A stretch of DNA of 64,000 nucleotides from Amphiscolops sp. MND2022. Its lineage: Eukaryota. The position numbers and the translations under genes are program-made. This document shows positions 1 to 13,652 of the stretch, in pieces. Numbering within the stretch: position 1 is the stretch's first letter; the number at the start of each line of letters is the position of its first letter. The notes under the pieces were generated by a model. That model was not told the origin of the DNA. It did not search any database and saw only the letters and a list, made by a program, of their open reading frames with translations. The stretch spans positions 59,832,001-59,896,000 of the forward strand of contig OZ076409.1 in the NCBI GenBank assembly GCA_964187785.1, written 5' to 3'.

Positions 1-3000
1 TGGTCCTACATCTTGCTGCATTGCTTCGTTTGAGGCCACGTTGCAGCCATCGTGCAGCCAAACTACAATGGGTTTGGTTTCAGAAGAGAAGATGCACTCG
101 AACTTTACGCTTTCTCCCACGGTCACGTGCTGGTCTTCGATGTTCGCAAGGATCTCAGGAAGTGAACCCAGAGTTACTTTGCAGGAACTGACAGCCTTGC
201 CAAAACTGTTGATGGCTTTGCAGTGGTATACCCCAGCCATGTCGTCAGTTGCACGGTCCACAAAAAGAGTTGCCGTCCCATTTACAAACTTGGTTTTGAC
301 GTTTCTGCTAACTTTGAGTCTCGTATGTTCATCTGGGTGATACCACTCTATATAAGGAACCGGGACTCCATGAATCTCAGCCACAAGTTGGAATGGTTTT
401 TCAGTAACGACCATTATGTCCTCAAGCTCCTCTAGAAACCCAGGCGATGCCCCCACTCCGATTTCACAAGACGTGACAGCTTCCCCGAAAGAGTTGCTTA
501 TCTTGCACATGTATTCTCCTGCGAGTTTCATATCTACTTTTTCAGTTCTAAGCCAAACTTTGCTCCCTTGAAACCCACAGCTGATGCTTCGGATAAATTT
601 GACTGGTCTCTTATTATGAAACCACGCAACGGAAGGAATCGGATGTCCGCTTACTTCGCAATGAAGATATAGCTCGTCATTCAACTGGATTTTGGAGTTT
701 TCCAGCTTACTGACAAACTTTGGGACCCCGCCCACTGTTAGCTCACAGCCAGTCCAAGTTGAAGATGTGCGTCCAATAGCCTTGCAAGTATACTTGCCAG
801 CATTTGCAATTCTCGTTTTTGCAATGATAACTTTCAAAACATTCCCATTTTGCACAATTTCCACGTCTTTCCCAGCATTCAACCCCTTTCCGTTAAGCAA
901 CCATTTGATCTCAACGCCTCTATGTTCTTGCAGGCTGCACACAAGCTCGCAAGGACTCCCTTCCATGACAGTTTTGTTCACCAGCTTGTTGACAAACAAG
1001 GGCGAGAGTCCGCTCACAACTTCTTGAACACAGACATCACACCACGAATAGCTTTCGCCCACCGAGTTGAAAGCTTCACATGTGTATCGTCCTGAATCCA
1101 AAACCATGGCAGACATGATTTCTAGTTTAGCTACTGAGTTATCAAATGTCATTTTAATATCTTTTGAGAATTTTGGCAGAGCTCTATCATTAAAGTACCA
1201 TTCGACTTCAGTTTCGGAATCACACTCGAGCTCACATTGAAGCGTCATATTATCTTGTTCCTCACAGGTTAAGTCTGTAAGTTCTGTGTTGAAACTTGGA
1301 GGCACTCTGAGCTTCGGAAACACCTTAATTTGACATCTAGATGAAATTTCTCCTGCCTGATTGATTGCCTTGCATATGATCTCTCCGTTCAGTTCGGGCG
1401 TGGCTTTGAGAACCTCAAAAAGGGCAATCTTGTCCTCGCAACTGATTAAAATGTTATCGTTTGACTTTACCTGGTAGCCATTCAAAAACCACATCACTTC
1501 GGCGTCACTTCTGTGCGACAGTTTGCACTCCATTTTGAAAGCTTCCGCATGCTCAACATTGAGGTCGCGTAGTTTTTTAACCAAAAACGGCGGTTTGTCA
1601 CTTTTGATTGAGCTAATTTCGGGAGAAAACTCTTCTTCCTGTAAATGGCCAACTAAAATTGCGGGTTTCCCCACCTGTTTTCTCATTTTCAGACTCTTAT
1701 CAATTGTCCACTGGTGGACGTTCAGAGATGACATGGTGTTTGAACTAGGAGATTCTCTGATACTTCCGCTGCTGTTTCGACTTGGCGATTTGATGCCTCT
1801 GAAATTTTCATTCGACAAACTCTGCTGCAGCTGGATCAAGATCTCTTCTGTTTTCATTTCCTCGTCGATCGAAAGATGACAGCAGGTAGAAGCTACCCCG
1901 AGGTCGTTTTGAACTCTGCATTCGTAAACGCCAGCATCTGTGGGGTACACGTCTTCAAATTTCAATTGCGCTATTCCATCGGCGAAAGAACTTGACAGGT
2001 AATCATTGTTTTCGATAGTTTCACCATTATAAAGCCATGTAATTGTGGGTTCAGGAAAGCACTTTATTTTGACCTCAAGTATGCAAGGATCTCCGTCAAC
2101 AACTACCAGTTCTTCGGGCAGCTCTTTTATAAGAATCGGTTTCTCAGGAGTTCGGCTGCTGCCTGGCGATCCTTCGCTTGACTTCATGGGATCATCATAA
2201 TCAATAACATTTACAAAGCACTCTGTTTTTGCATGGCCATATTCGTTGCGGGCCAAGCAGATGTAGTCCCCACAATCTTCAGGAAAAACTTCGACAATCT
2301 CTAGCCGGGTTATACCAAATTGATAAGTAATTTTGAAGTCTCCGTGACTTTGCAACTCCTCTCCGCCAAATAGCCAATGGACTTCAATGGGCTCTGGTCC
2401 TCCAACTTTGCATTCCAAAACTACCCTGGATCCATCTTCAACGTCAATGTCCTCCAGCTTTTTAATGAAATGAGGAGCAACTTTTTCATTTGACCTCTGT
2501 GGAATGTGACCAACCGAAACTTGGCATGAACTCTCACATTCTCCTAATTGATTCTTGATATGAACACTGACGTTTCCTTCATTTTTCACTTTCATATTTT
2601 TCATCTGCAAAACAGAAGATGAGTCATCAGTGGTGATAACAAAATCCTCATTCGGTCTTATGACCTCACCATTAAGCGTCCACATAACTTCGGGTCTGGA
2701 CGCCACAAATTTGACATCGATGGTGATGTTTTGGCATTCCTGACACACAACATCTCGGAGACCTTTCACAACTTGAGGGGCAAGAGCTACTAGACTTCCA
2801 TCGATGCTGTCGAGGTGACTCAAATTGTTTTCATCCTCGTTTCTCCCCTTGACAACTGTCAAGGTGCAAGCTTCTCTAGACTCACCTTCTGAGTTAGTTG
2901 CGATACATGTGTATTCCCCAGCGTGTGTTTTCATCAGTTTTTTCAAGGTCAAACTGGCTATTCCGTTTAGAAACTTGAGTTCTTGATTTTTAGAGCTAAT

Positions 3001-6000
3001 AATTCGTCGTCCATCTAACAGCCAAGTGATTACTGGTACTGGGTGAGCGCTCACTTTATGGGCCAAAGTCACCGAATCGCCCTCGAAACCTTCGCAACTG
3101 TTCATAATGGATTCAAAAACTGGTTTCGTCTTCGGGGCTGCTTGAACAGTTAGTTTCGCTTTACAAGTGACAACTTCTAAATCATTGGCAGCTTTGATCA
3201 TGTAAACACCGGCGTGCTCGAGTTCTGTTTTCTCTATTGAAACATTAACCACGCCTTCAGTAGACGTTATTGCTGCGTAAGAATCTTTTTCTAGTAAATA
3301 ACCTTCATGGAAACAGAAAATTTGGGGTTCCGGGTATCCTGTGACTTCACATGTCAACAAACAGGGTTGACCCTCTCTTACAATTTTATTAGCTAGTGCT
3401 TTCTTGAACTCTGGTTTCATTGGTTTCCTGTGAACTGTCAAGGTCAATGCTTTCTTTGCCTCGCCGTATGCATTTGCAGCCAGGCACTGGTAAACTCCGG
3501 CATCTGTTAGCTGGACTTCTTGGATCCCCAAGCACGCCACTCCTCCTGAATTGACAAACATCTCGTAGTACTTTGTGTCTGACACCATTTTGTCGTTGTA
3601 GAACCATTTGACCGCAGGGAATGGGTTTCCTTCGATGAGACACTTCATTGTTATGTCACTGTATTGCGTAACTTCCATTACGTCATCCATGACCAATGAA
3701 GGTGGGATCGGTTTGACTTCGATGTCAACTTTGCAAGACGAACTCGTCATTCCTCCTTTGTTCTTGATTCTGCATTTATAAGCCCCGCTTTTCTTGATTG
3801 CCACATTTTCTAACTTCAATTTCGATTGGTTTGGTTCTGTTTCGATTGAAAGGTTCTTGACAGTTTTGGTGATTGCAACATTGTTGAAGTACCACGTAAT
3901 TTCAGGGACAGGTTTTGCCTCAAACCGACAGATAAGTTCAACTGTTTCGAATTCCAAAGTCGCAATGTCTTTCAAAGCTTCGGTTATTTTAGGTTTGATT
4001 ATCAATTCTTTGACAAAAATTTTGAAACTGGATTGACATTCTCCAATTTTATTGGATAATTTTATACTGTAGCTTCCAGAGTGACTCAATTTCGAAGATT
4101 TTATCTTCAGAGTTGCCGTTTTCGCAGCCCGACTGATTTGGAATGCTTTATCGTCCACTGCAATAACTTCTGAGTCTTTAGTCCATGTTATAACTGGCTT
4201 TGGGCTTCCGACGAAATGACAAACAATTTCGACATCTTTTGTTTCATCAACTGTGATATCTCGAATAACTTTTTCAATCTTGGGTTTTACTAGAAGCTCT
4301 TCAACTGTGACCTTAGCTGCACTTTGACATGACCCCTCGGAGTTCTTGACCTCACAAGAGTAATCTCCGTAGAAGTCAAAAGATATGTTTTCCCGAATTA
4401 GCATGTGTTGGTTTCCATCTGACCTCATCAGGACTCCGTTTTCCTCTGACGTAATCAAGGGCGAGTCATTGTGCTTCCACAAGAGTTCTGGTGGTGGAAA
4501 ACAGTCGTTCAAGGTCACCAGTAAATATAGGTCATCGCCGATGTTGACCTTCTGGTTTTCCAAAGGTTTAGCGAAAGAGGGACCCGTTAATACGTTAACC
4601 CTGATAGGCAAGCTGCTTTTACCAACTTTGTTTTCAACTGAAAAGGTGTAGAGTCCAGCTAGTTTTGACGTGATTTCGGTGAATTCTAGGCTGTAGTCTT
4701 CCGGTGAAAGTTTAGTATTTGGAATTTTCGATATTGACTGTTTGTTCTCGAAGCTGCATACAATCGAAGGTTTTGGCGATCCTGTAACTACGAGTTTCAG
4801 CAAAAACATTTGCCCAGATTTCAAACTGACTTCATTTGTTTCGTATGAAATGCCAGGCGGACTCAGCACTATGATATTAACGTGACGGGATAAAGTTGAC
4901 AACTTGTTAGTGAGACAACATTTGTAAACAGCCGTGTCAAGCTCTTGGCAATCTGTTACTTTGATTTTCGTTTTAGTTTCATCTACCAAAATTGAGCATT
5001 TATCATTTTGCTCAAGTCTCCCTTCGTTTTTGAACCAAGACACCGAAGGTAGCGGAATTCCCTCAAAAACAGCTTCGATTTCGAAGTTATCACCCAGGTC
5101 TATTTCCACGTCTTTTTTCGAAGGAAATTTCAAAAATGTTGGAGGAACTGTCACGTCAACATTGCATTCACAAGTTGCTTCACCGGCACTGTTGAACGCC
5201 TTGCAAGAAAAAGTTCCAGTGTAGATTCGCTTAACTGCCGGAACTTTCAAGGTTGCCAGGCCATTATCATATTCCAAATCACATTCCTCATTGCTCAAAT
5301 CATCCAGCTCTTTTTTGTTGAAACTCCACCCAACCTTGGGTTCCGGATGCCCAACAACTTTGCATTTCAGAACCAAGTCCTCGTTCTCCACAACTTCTAA
5401 GTTTTGCAACATTTCTGAGAACTTTGGAATTGAGTACACAAACACTCGACAGTCACATTTCGTCGAAGACATGATATTTTCGACGACGCACTCGTAAAGA
5501 CCTTGATGATCTATGTCAACGGGGTCAAAGGTCAAGCTCGCAAGACTTTTGTTGTCAGAAACGATGACACAATTTTCTTCATCTTCCTCAGCAATTTGGG
5601 TTCCATCTCGGAACCATTTGACCGAAGGCACAGGTCTGCTGGTGTATTCGACCTGCAGTGTCATTTTAGCACCTGAAATTACATCAATCATCTTTTTCAG
5701 TTCTTGCTTGAACGTCGGAAGTGTTCCCACTTCAACGTAGCACCTTGAAACCGCTTCGCCCACAATATTTGTAGCTTTGCAGGAATACTCAGCCGCGTGG
5801 CTGAATTTGGAATTCTTGATAACTAGGAAAAACTCGTCACCGCTATGGGAAACATGAATGTCATTGGAATTCCGAAGCTCCCGTCCTTTCTGGTACCATT
5901 TGACGGATGGTGGCGGATGTGCTAGAATTTTGCAAGCAAGTTCAATGTTTTTGCCTTTTTCAACTACAATGTCTGACAGCTGTTGATCAAACTCCGGAAA

Positions 6001-9000
6001 TGAATAGATGTTAACGTCACAGGAACACGTCGTGGTTGCAACTGTGTTGATTGCTTTGCAACAATAAACCCCGGAATCATCAAGTAGGCATGAAGAAATT
6101 TTCAAAATTGCGATCCCGTTTTCGTAATCTATGCTCAAACGATCGTCTTCTTCAATAATTTCGTTATCATGGTACCAAAACAACATAGGTTCGGGGAACC
6201 CAGAAACTTTACACTCCAAAATCAGTTCTTGCTGGGTTATGACTTTCATCGTTTTCTTCAGTGGCACTTGAAAGTGTGGTTTAGTATAAACTTGCACGAA
6301 AACCTTCTGACTTCGTTTTGTTCCGTCTGTCGAACTTTTCACCACAATAGTGTATTCTCCAGAATCTTCGGCGGTACATTTGGTTATATAAAGTTTGGCG
6401 ATACCGGCTCGGAACTTAGTTTGAATCCGAATTGAGTTGGCGAGCGGCTGGTCTTGGAAAAACCATTGAATTATTGCATCTGATTTGAGTTTTATTGAGA
6501 AATCCAACTCAAACTCATCGTTTTCTTCAACTGTAATTTCTTCCTCTATTGATTTCAAGCAAGTTATTTCCGGAATATCACAAACTTTCAAAGTACATGA
6601 TTGTGCATTTACTCCTGCTTGGTTTGAAGCCAAGATTTTGTAGACTCCACTGCTTGCTTTTGACGCGTTTTTGACCAGCAGTGTGAAAACATTCTCAGAA
6701 TACATTTGAACAAAGCTCGGATTTGATTGGTCGAGTTTCTCGTCGTTGAAGTACCACGTGATCTCAGGCGGTGGGAAAGCCACAACCGAACATTCCAAAG
6801 TTACGTCATCGCCCTGCTTCACTTCACAGTCGGTCAAGTTTCGCTCAAACTTGGGTAGGTCCATTACGACAACCTGACAGGTACTTTGACACGAAGAAAT
6901 CTCGTTTTCCAAACAACATGCAATTTTACCGCTCACTGGTTCCGAAATGTAAACTACGCTTTTGTTTTCAGTTGTGTGCAATTTGTATTGCGGGCCCATT
7001 TTAATGGGCTCGTTTTCGAACTTCCACATTACGGAAGGGTTAGGATTGGCTTCGAACTCGGTTTCTAAAGTGAGAGGACTGTTTCGGTTAATGTAGATAT
7101 CTGATTCAAGTTTCTTCAAAAATATTGGTCTGTATAAAACACTCAAGACACAGCTAGTAGCTGCCCGTCCGAAGCGGTTTACAACTTCAAACAGAAAAGA
7201 CCCGCTCCAACATCTGTCAATGTTTTTAATACTCAAAATCGAACTTGTTGGTGTTTCGACAATTTTCACACACTGCGTTTCTTTAATTTCATGATTGTCC
7301 GCAAACCACTTGGAGGTGAATGACCCGAAAGCATTAAAGGTCACTTCAAAGGTCAATGATTCACCTTCCTTAGCGGCGAGGTTTTCCAGAGTTTTTGAGA
7401 ATTGAGCAGTTTTGCCGGAAGCAACGACACTGACGTGACACGACAGTTTGCTGACTCCGGCTGAATTTTTTGCCACGCATAAGTAATCTCCGGCACCGGC
7501 TGAAGGTACGGAGTCAATTTGAAGTTGACTCACTCCGTTATTTTGTGATATTTTCACTCCTGACTTTTCTACAATTTGAGCGTCCTGGAAAAACCATTGC
7601 AAACTTGGAGCCGGTTTTCCACAAACTTTGACTGACAGAAGCAATGAATCATTAGCCACGAGTTCAAGGTTGTCGCAAAATCTGATTGGTTGAATTCCAG
7701 GAAGAACTAAGACGTTGACCTTGCAAGTTGACAAAGCGGACCCCCCTCCATGGCTTGCAACACAGGTGTATACTCCCTCCATGTCCAACGTGCAAGTCTT
7801 AAACTTCACTGAAGCGACTGAATTTTTGGAAAAGTTATATAATTTTGGAGAAATAACCGTCTCTTCGTGGTACCAAACAATGTCTGACTCGCTAGCTCCT
7901 TCAATGAAACATTCCAAAGTTAAAGGCTTGCCCTCAATTGCTTCGATCTTTTCGGTCAAGTGTTTTTTGAAAGTCGGTTGACGGTAAACATCGACTTTGC
8001 AAGACGATGACACCTCGCCTTCATTGTTGGTTAGCTTTACCATGTAAGTCCCAGAATTTGTTCCCGTGAAACTTGTGATTTCCAACTTAGCAATTTTTTC
8101 TTCCAGAAAACTTTTGACACCCCGAACTTGAAAAATTCGCGTCCCGTTTCTGTACCAAACTGCCTTTGGGACACTTTGGGCAATAAAGTGACATTCGAGG
8201 GTGATAGGAGAACCAGGTGAAACAAAGCAATCGGCTAGTTCTTTTTCAATTCTTGGTTTCGACAAAACTTTTAATTGACACTTTGATGTAACCGCGCCCG
8301 CTTCGTTTTCAGCGACAAACTCAAAACATCCTGAATGTTTTTCAAAGTTTGCGCTACTGATATTCAAAGTAAAAAGCTGCTCCGTTCCAGTTAGTTTGAT
8401 ACCATTTTCCCCAGAAACTACATCTTCACCGTTAAGAAGCCATTGAACCTTGACCTTTTTAGGCGAGGTCACTTTCGCTGACAATTTTACAGATTTTCCT
8501 TCCTTGACTTCTGTATTTTCCAGTTTTCTAACAAGCACTGGTTTGTCGCCACTTGAAGAACTTTCAACCTCGACGTTAAACTCAGCCTTAGCTTCCCCAA
8601 AATCGTTTGAGGCGATGCACTGATACGTTCCTGCGTCTGAGTCTTTCGAAGCGGGTATTGAAATTTTTGAGAGTCCAGAATTGGCAAGAGTTGAGCTTGA
8701 AAACTGAATCCCGCTGTGAAGCCATTTAATATTTGGCTGTGGTGTTCCTGACACTTCACAAGCCAAGTCGAATGACTTGCCACTTTTGACAGAAACGCTC
8801 TTTTTTCCTTGAATTTTCACTGATGGTTTTGTTCCTTCTTTGGATAAATTCCTGGTACTGCCTGGGTCTTTAGTGACTTTAACAGAACACTTTGAGGTCA
8901 GTTCTTCCGAAGTTGGCACCTTGATTTTGCAAGTATAAGAACCCCCTTGGTCCAAGCTCACCTTTGACATAATCAGCGAAACTACACCATTACTGTAATT

Positions 9001-9579
9001 AATCGTTGTGTTGTTGCCACTTGAAAGCTCAGAGGACTCATGATACCAAGAAATTTCGGGGTTGGATATGTTTTGTGAGATTTGACATTCCAATTTCAAA
9101 GTTTTTCCTTCTTTTACAGAGCAATTCTCCAGCTGTTTTATGAGTTTGGGTGCGGTTTTAGAAGTACCTCGTTGACCTAGTTTCAACAAAGGCGACTGAG
9201 GTTTGGGTTTTGCATCGCTGAGTGAAACTTGGAAGGAATGTTGCAACGATACGAGGTCATCTGAAAGAACACAGGACCATTGTCCTGCGAGATCTTTGCT
9301 GAACTTTTCAACTATGACCTGCGATTTCTGGGACGTTGTGATTATCGTGACGTTACTCGAGTTAGACTTGGGTTTCCCATTTAGTAACCATTCAACTTCA
9401 ACTTTGGAATCGCTTTTGAACTCTACAAACAGAGATCCATTTTCGCCCAAACCAAAAGTACAATCTGATGTTTTTGCGATAATTTCAATGGGTATAATGT
9501 GAACGATGACGTTGCACTTGTTAGTTGCACTTTTCCCACTAACAGGTGAGGTTACAACTACTGAAATTTCGGATGTTTC
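1..9579 (-). CDS. Giant exon (at least 9,579 bp, at least 3,193 codons, open off the left edge) of a titin/kettin/obscurin-like protein; about 32 tandem I-set Ig domains
   Basis: Manual translation gives repeated I-set motifs, e.g. PGFLEELEDIMVVTEKPFQLVAEIHGVPVPYIEWY...MAGVYHCKAINSFGKAVSSCKV. Core Trp codons at 2035, 5035 and 9388 share one frame, with about 290-bp periodicity. The ORF track shows no stop-terminated ORF in this frame. Acceptor ctgcag|GAA at 9580/9579. No Fn3 or kinase domain seen. Confidence 0.93.
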
Positions 9580-9981
9580 CTGCAGTGAAGGGCGTGCGAT
9601 AATCAATTTTTCTAGTTTCAATAGGTTTTGCTGGAATTTCAACTTTACCAAAACGGAGTAGAAAAAAACTAAAATACTATTTTTGAAGCTGTTTTCAGTG
9701 TACTGTATATTTTTCAATCTTTGAAAAAAACCACTAGCGCGAAAGAGAAATGCCCTTCATTCTCAACATACAAAATATTATAAAAATACTTATGAAATCA
9801 TTCGTTTGACCCTGTGAAATACTTTGTGAAAACTTGCATACTTTCATATATTTTTCCACGTGTTCAAACCTATAAGATTTTTTAAAGCCTCTTTTTCTGG
9901 CTAAAATACTAGCAGCTCCAGTTTTAGTGGCAGACAAACTTCAATCCATTATCTTTTTGTGCATCGCACACCCTTGTTAAC

Positions 9982-10185
9982 CTGTAAATTTTCCAGGGTA
10001 AGTTGACTGCTTCCAAGTTCCACCGTGTACAGATTAGAAGACACTTCGTTGGAGTTGATAAACCAGTTAACGGAACAGTTGTCAGGCCAGTACTGGGCAA
10101 ATAGAGACACTGGGTCCCCCACTAAGATTTCCATGTCTTCCCACGGAAGAATCATTCGCGGTTGGTCTTCGTTGGGGTCTTTCAC
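9982..10185 (-). CDS. Ig-domain exon (phase 0-0) of the titin-like gene
   Basis: tttcag|GTG AAG GAC...VSLFAQYWPDNCSVNWFIN...QLTLENLQ|gttaac; 204 bp; joins ETSEISVVV of the giant exon to complete an Ig domain. Confidence 0.85.
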
Positions 10186-10224
10186 CTGAAAGTTGATAAC
10201 AATTCACCAGTTGATCCAAAACGA

Positions 10225-10400
10225 AACAAGACGGGAACGTCTAAAGTCGGCGCTATATCTTTTTTAAAGTTGTAAAAGGGGACAGGGGACCCTTTAGACT
10301 TTTTTAAAACCCAATTTGTTGCAAAATATCAAAAACTTTGAAGGGGGAGCCTTTGGAGACATTAAAAGAATCGAAAAAAAAAGAAAAATGAGAATTTTGA
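10225..10400. repeat. End of a dispersed non-autonomous repeat (Helentron/HINE-like; AACAAG...GTCGGCGCTATATCT terminus with GGGGACCCT minisatellite)
   Basis: aacaagacgggaacgtctaaagtcggcgctatatct recurs at about 24463 and as reverse complement at about 40467-40503. Confidence 0.55.
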
Positions 10401-10835
10401 TACCGTTGCTCGACTGTGCTGAGATCCATGTAGCTTTATGCACGACCATGCGTGGCCCATAAGAGCGCCATGCATGGCCACACTTGAAACATTTATGGTC
10501 ATGTCGATTTTTATCACGGAGTTCCATTGATCATGCATCAGAAAATAGGAAGCTATTATCTTTGAATCGCTAAGGCAAAACCAATTTGCTTACTGATCTA
10601 TTGGAAGCCATATTCACAAGATGTATCAGAATGAAATAATTGTATATGCTATATCCAAACACGTCTTATCCCGAAACAATTGTATATCTTTTAACAAGAA
10701 ATCGTCAAAACGAGAAACACCATAAGCAATTATTATTTTTTTATTTTTCATTCAATCTTATTCACTTTATCCGAACTGGGTATACAGATAATCCGAAAAT
10801 GATTAGTGGGATGCTATGTAAAAAAACTATAAATT

Positions 10836-10906
10836 CGTCGTTGGTTAGATTCGAACTCACCACCTGCTACCTAGAAACTTGCTCTCTTTAACCAACTTCT
10901 GCTATC
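10836..10906 (-). repeat. tRNA-derived SINE-like head (Pol III A/B boxes), degenerate
   Basis: Minus strand reads tagcagaagttggttaaag...gagttcgaatc; no complete acceptor stem. Confidence 0.4.
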
Positions 10907-11044
10907 TAGTTGAATGTCTACAACTCTTGAAAGTGAACTTTTCAGAGTGAACTGGAAAAGACCATCTAGAAACTGAACAAGTCTTGCTTTTTTCCAATAA
11001 ACACTGTTTAGTAGATTAGAAATTGCGGGTATGCAAAAACTGGC

Positions 11045-11278
11045 CTTCACTGAACAGCAGCTAGTAATCTCAGTCTGCTGGCTCTGAATGATGCATTCAT
11101 AGACCCCTTCATAGCTTTTGTCCACGTTTTTTAGCCTGAGGGTACACTTGCCATCACTGTACACATTCTCTGAGTCATCCAGGTCCAATTCTTCTCCATC
11201 AAGGTACCAGAACACACAGGGTCTCTCGCTGCATGAGATGGAGCAACTGAGTGTTAGGGTCTCGTTCATTTTCACTTC
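11045..11278 (-). CDS. Ig-domain exon (phase 0-0) of the titin-like gene; donor probably GC
   Basis: ctacag|GAA; EVKMNETLTLSCSI...VFWYLDG...LRLKNVDKSYEGVYECII...SCCSVK|gccagt (alternative GT donor at 11050). Confidence 0.85.
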
Positions 11279-12020
11279 CTGTAGTCAACAAACGTAACTT
11301 TAAATCGTTTTACATTTTTCAAGAACTGAAACTGAAGTCATTAGAAAAATGAAAAAGTACGGTTGAAAGTATCACTATATATACAGGCTGTTTTGCTAAT
11401 CAAAAATATGAACCATAACTGAGGACCAGGCTCGTTTAAAAAAAGCAAAAAAAACAACTATGAGAAACTGCTTCATAAGCAGGGCATTGAAAACAAGAGC
11501 ATCATTTGTTTTTTTTATAACAATCCGGTAACGACATGAGTCGGCGGCGCCCTGCTCAAGGCTTGAAAAGCCATGTTCCAGGAACTTCAAATCGTTTAGG
11601 AACTGTAGAGACATTTCTCAAAAAATCACTTGTCGAAAGGTAATCGAAGGGAGGACACTTTAGGCTTGAAAGTCTCTTTTCTAACTGAAAACATCAAAGT
11701 AGTCAAAGCGAGTATCTGTGTGGGATCATAGAAATATCAAAAAATGTTGCACATTGACGAAAAACTCCACTTGCAGTTCTGTAATTCAACTAAACATGTT
11801 AAAACATGAAATCGGACCTTTTGAACACTTTTGCCCTCTTTAGGTTTTAGGGTTTCTAATTATAATTACTTCCTTAGTCTATAAGTCAACTAATTAATTT
11901 TCAGTGAAAATATTCAGTGAAAATATTCAAATATTCTTATTGGTTAACGATGTTTATTTGGTAATTAACTTATACTTGCTCAGCAACACTGATTTAGTTA
12001 ATGGTTCGATAAATTGAAAC

Positions 12021-12257
12021 CTGGTCCTGCAGAGGAGAGAGTAGTCTGAGGAACATGGCCGATGACACCCTTTTCATGGCGCCCTTCTTGCGGAGCCCCA
12101 CAGAGGCCGGGGTTGTGAGGGCTCTACCCTCGGTGGAGATGAGACTTTCAGTCGACTGTTTGCCAGAGGTGACGGGGGCTGGCATCGATGACGTTGAGGG
12201 CGTCCGGTTGTGACGATCCACAGTCGACGGATTTGAATTGTCGTCTGTTTGACCTCC
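12021..12257 (-). CDS. Ser/Thr-rich linker exon leading into an Ig A-strand (phase 0-0)
   Basis: Pyrimidine tract ctctag|GGA; GGQTDDNSNPSTVDRHNRTPSTSS...LLSPLQDQ|gtttca; GC-richer than flanks; 237 bp. Confidence 0.75.
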
Positions 12258-13137
12258 CTAGAGGGGCGAGGAGAGATTGAAAAGTTATTTTAAAGTTTTA
12301 AATTTTATGTGACTATTTTTTTCTGAAAACTGAAGACTCTTTGCGCTCAAATTTGAGTCGTTTCTAGACATGAACAAAATTTTCCACCATTATTATAGAG
12401 ACAGCATCTATCACCTTACGATCATGACTTATAACGTATTTTATATGAATGAAACATGAATAAAAGAGAAACATTTTCGTTCACAAGACGTTTGACACTG
12501 TTTGACACACTAACAAAACGCATTTAGTATGAATGTAAATATCGAAAAGATTTTTCATAAATAATTGAACTGAAAACCATTTTTAAAAAAAAATGTTATT
12601 GCCAATGCATATTTGTTTCAACTTTTGTTTCAACTTGGAGCAGACTATGTTGCCGTTTTTCGAGTGCCTTTTAATCGTCAATATTGAAGTACTAGACGAC
12701 CCGCAAAAAGTATCCTTTTTCGCTTAAATTAAGAACCAATTACTTGCTAAAAATTTTCGAGCTATCGGAATACCATATATTTGTCAACCTTGTTGAAACT
12801 GCTTGAACGTTTTGCATGTACTTTAATGTTGCCAGCCACTTTTATTATGATTTTCTATAACTCTTATGGAAACTTTCATGCGAAAATAATTCCCTGTTGT
12901 ATTTGACTTTTGTCAAGCTGCTTGAACGACCCATAGAAGTTTTGGCGACAATCTCAGAGATTGAAGTTTAGCAGGTTTCACTAAGAGGTAGTTATAATTT
13001 GGAAAGCAAATAAGTTGCTATCAATTTTACCGCTAAATTATTCCAAAATATTTTCAGTCGCGTAATAGAGTGCAAATTAGCGTCATGTTCAGCGCACTGT
13101 TTGAGAAGCTGTGATCACATGCTGTAGTTGAGAAAAC

Positions 13138-13652
13138 GGGGGAAGTAAATAACTTCTAAATAAATAACTTCTAATTAATATAGTAAACAACTTCTAAATA
13201 AATAAGTTCTAAAATTATTTTAGTAAATAACTTCTAAATTGCAATGGCATCTAGTAAATAACTTCCAAACAGCTATTTTGACGTAATTATTTCTATAACG
13301 TCGTTAGCTATGTTCACATACCCCTAGTGCCCTAAATGCAGGAGCGAAGCGAAGCAGAGCGACGTGCCATATGGCCATGCCTCAATGTTGCTACTTGGCG
13401 AAGGGAGCGAAGCGACCGAGCCATACAACAAATATGCTAATCTTTTCAAATAACAGTTTTCGGAATAATAGAACGGTAAGTTTATTTTCGGAAGAATGAA
13501 TAGCAATCTTTACTAGAATGATTTCAGAAGTTACCAGACGCAAATGCATTTTAGAAGTTATATACTAATATAATTTTAGAACTTATTTATTTAGAAGTTA
13601 TTTACTAATATAATTTTAGAACTTATTTATTTAGAAGTTATTTACGTGATCC
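13138..13652. mobile_element. Foldback MITE nested in the Tc1 element; internally repetitive TIRs (TAAATAACTTCTAAA units) and an 8-bp TSD GAGAAAAC
   Basis: Arms 13138-13270 and 13520-13652 are inverted; gagaaaac at 13130-13137 and 13653-13660; core shared with the elements at 21046 and 40612. Confidence 0.75.

Noticed and set aside
41..9502. Many short plus-strand ORFs (and a few off-frame minus-strand ORFs) over the first 9.5 kb
   Set aside because: Shadows of the giant minus-strand Ig exon; no independent motifs.
10836..10906. Possible tRNA gene
   Set aside because: A and B boxes are present but there is no paired acceptor stem or clear anticodon arm; kept only as a SINE-like relic.
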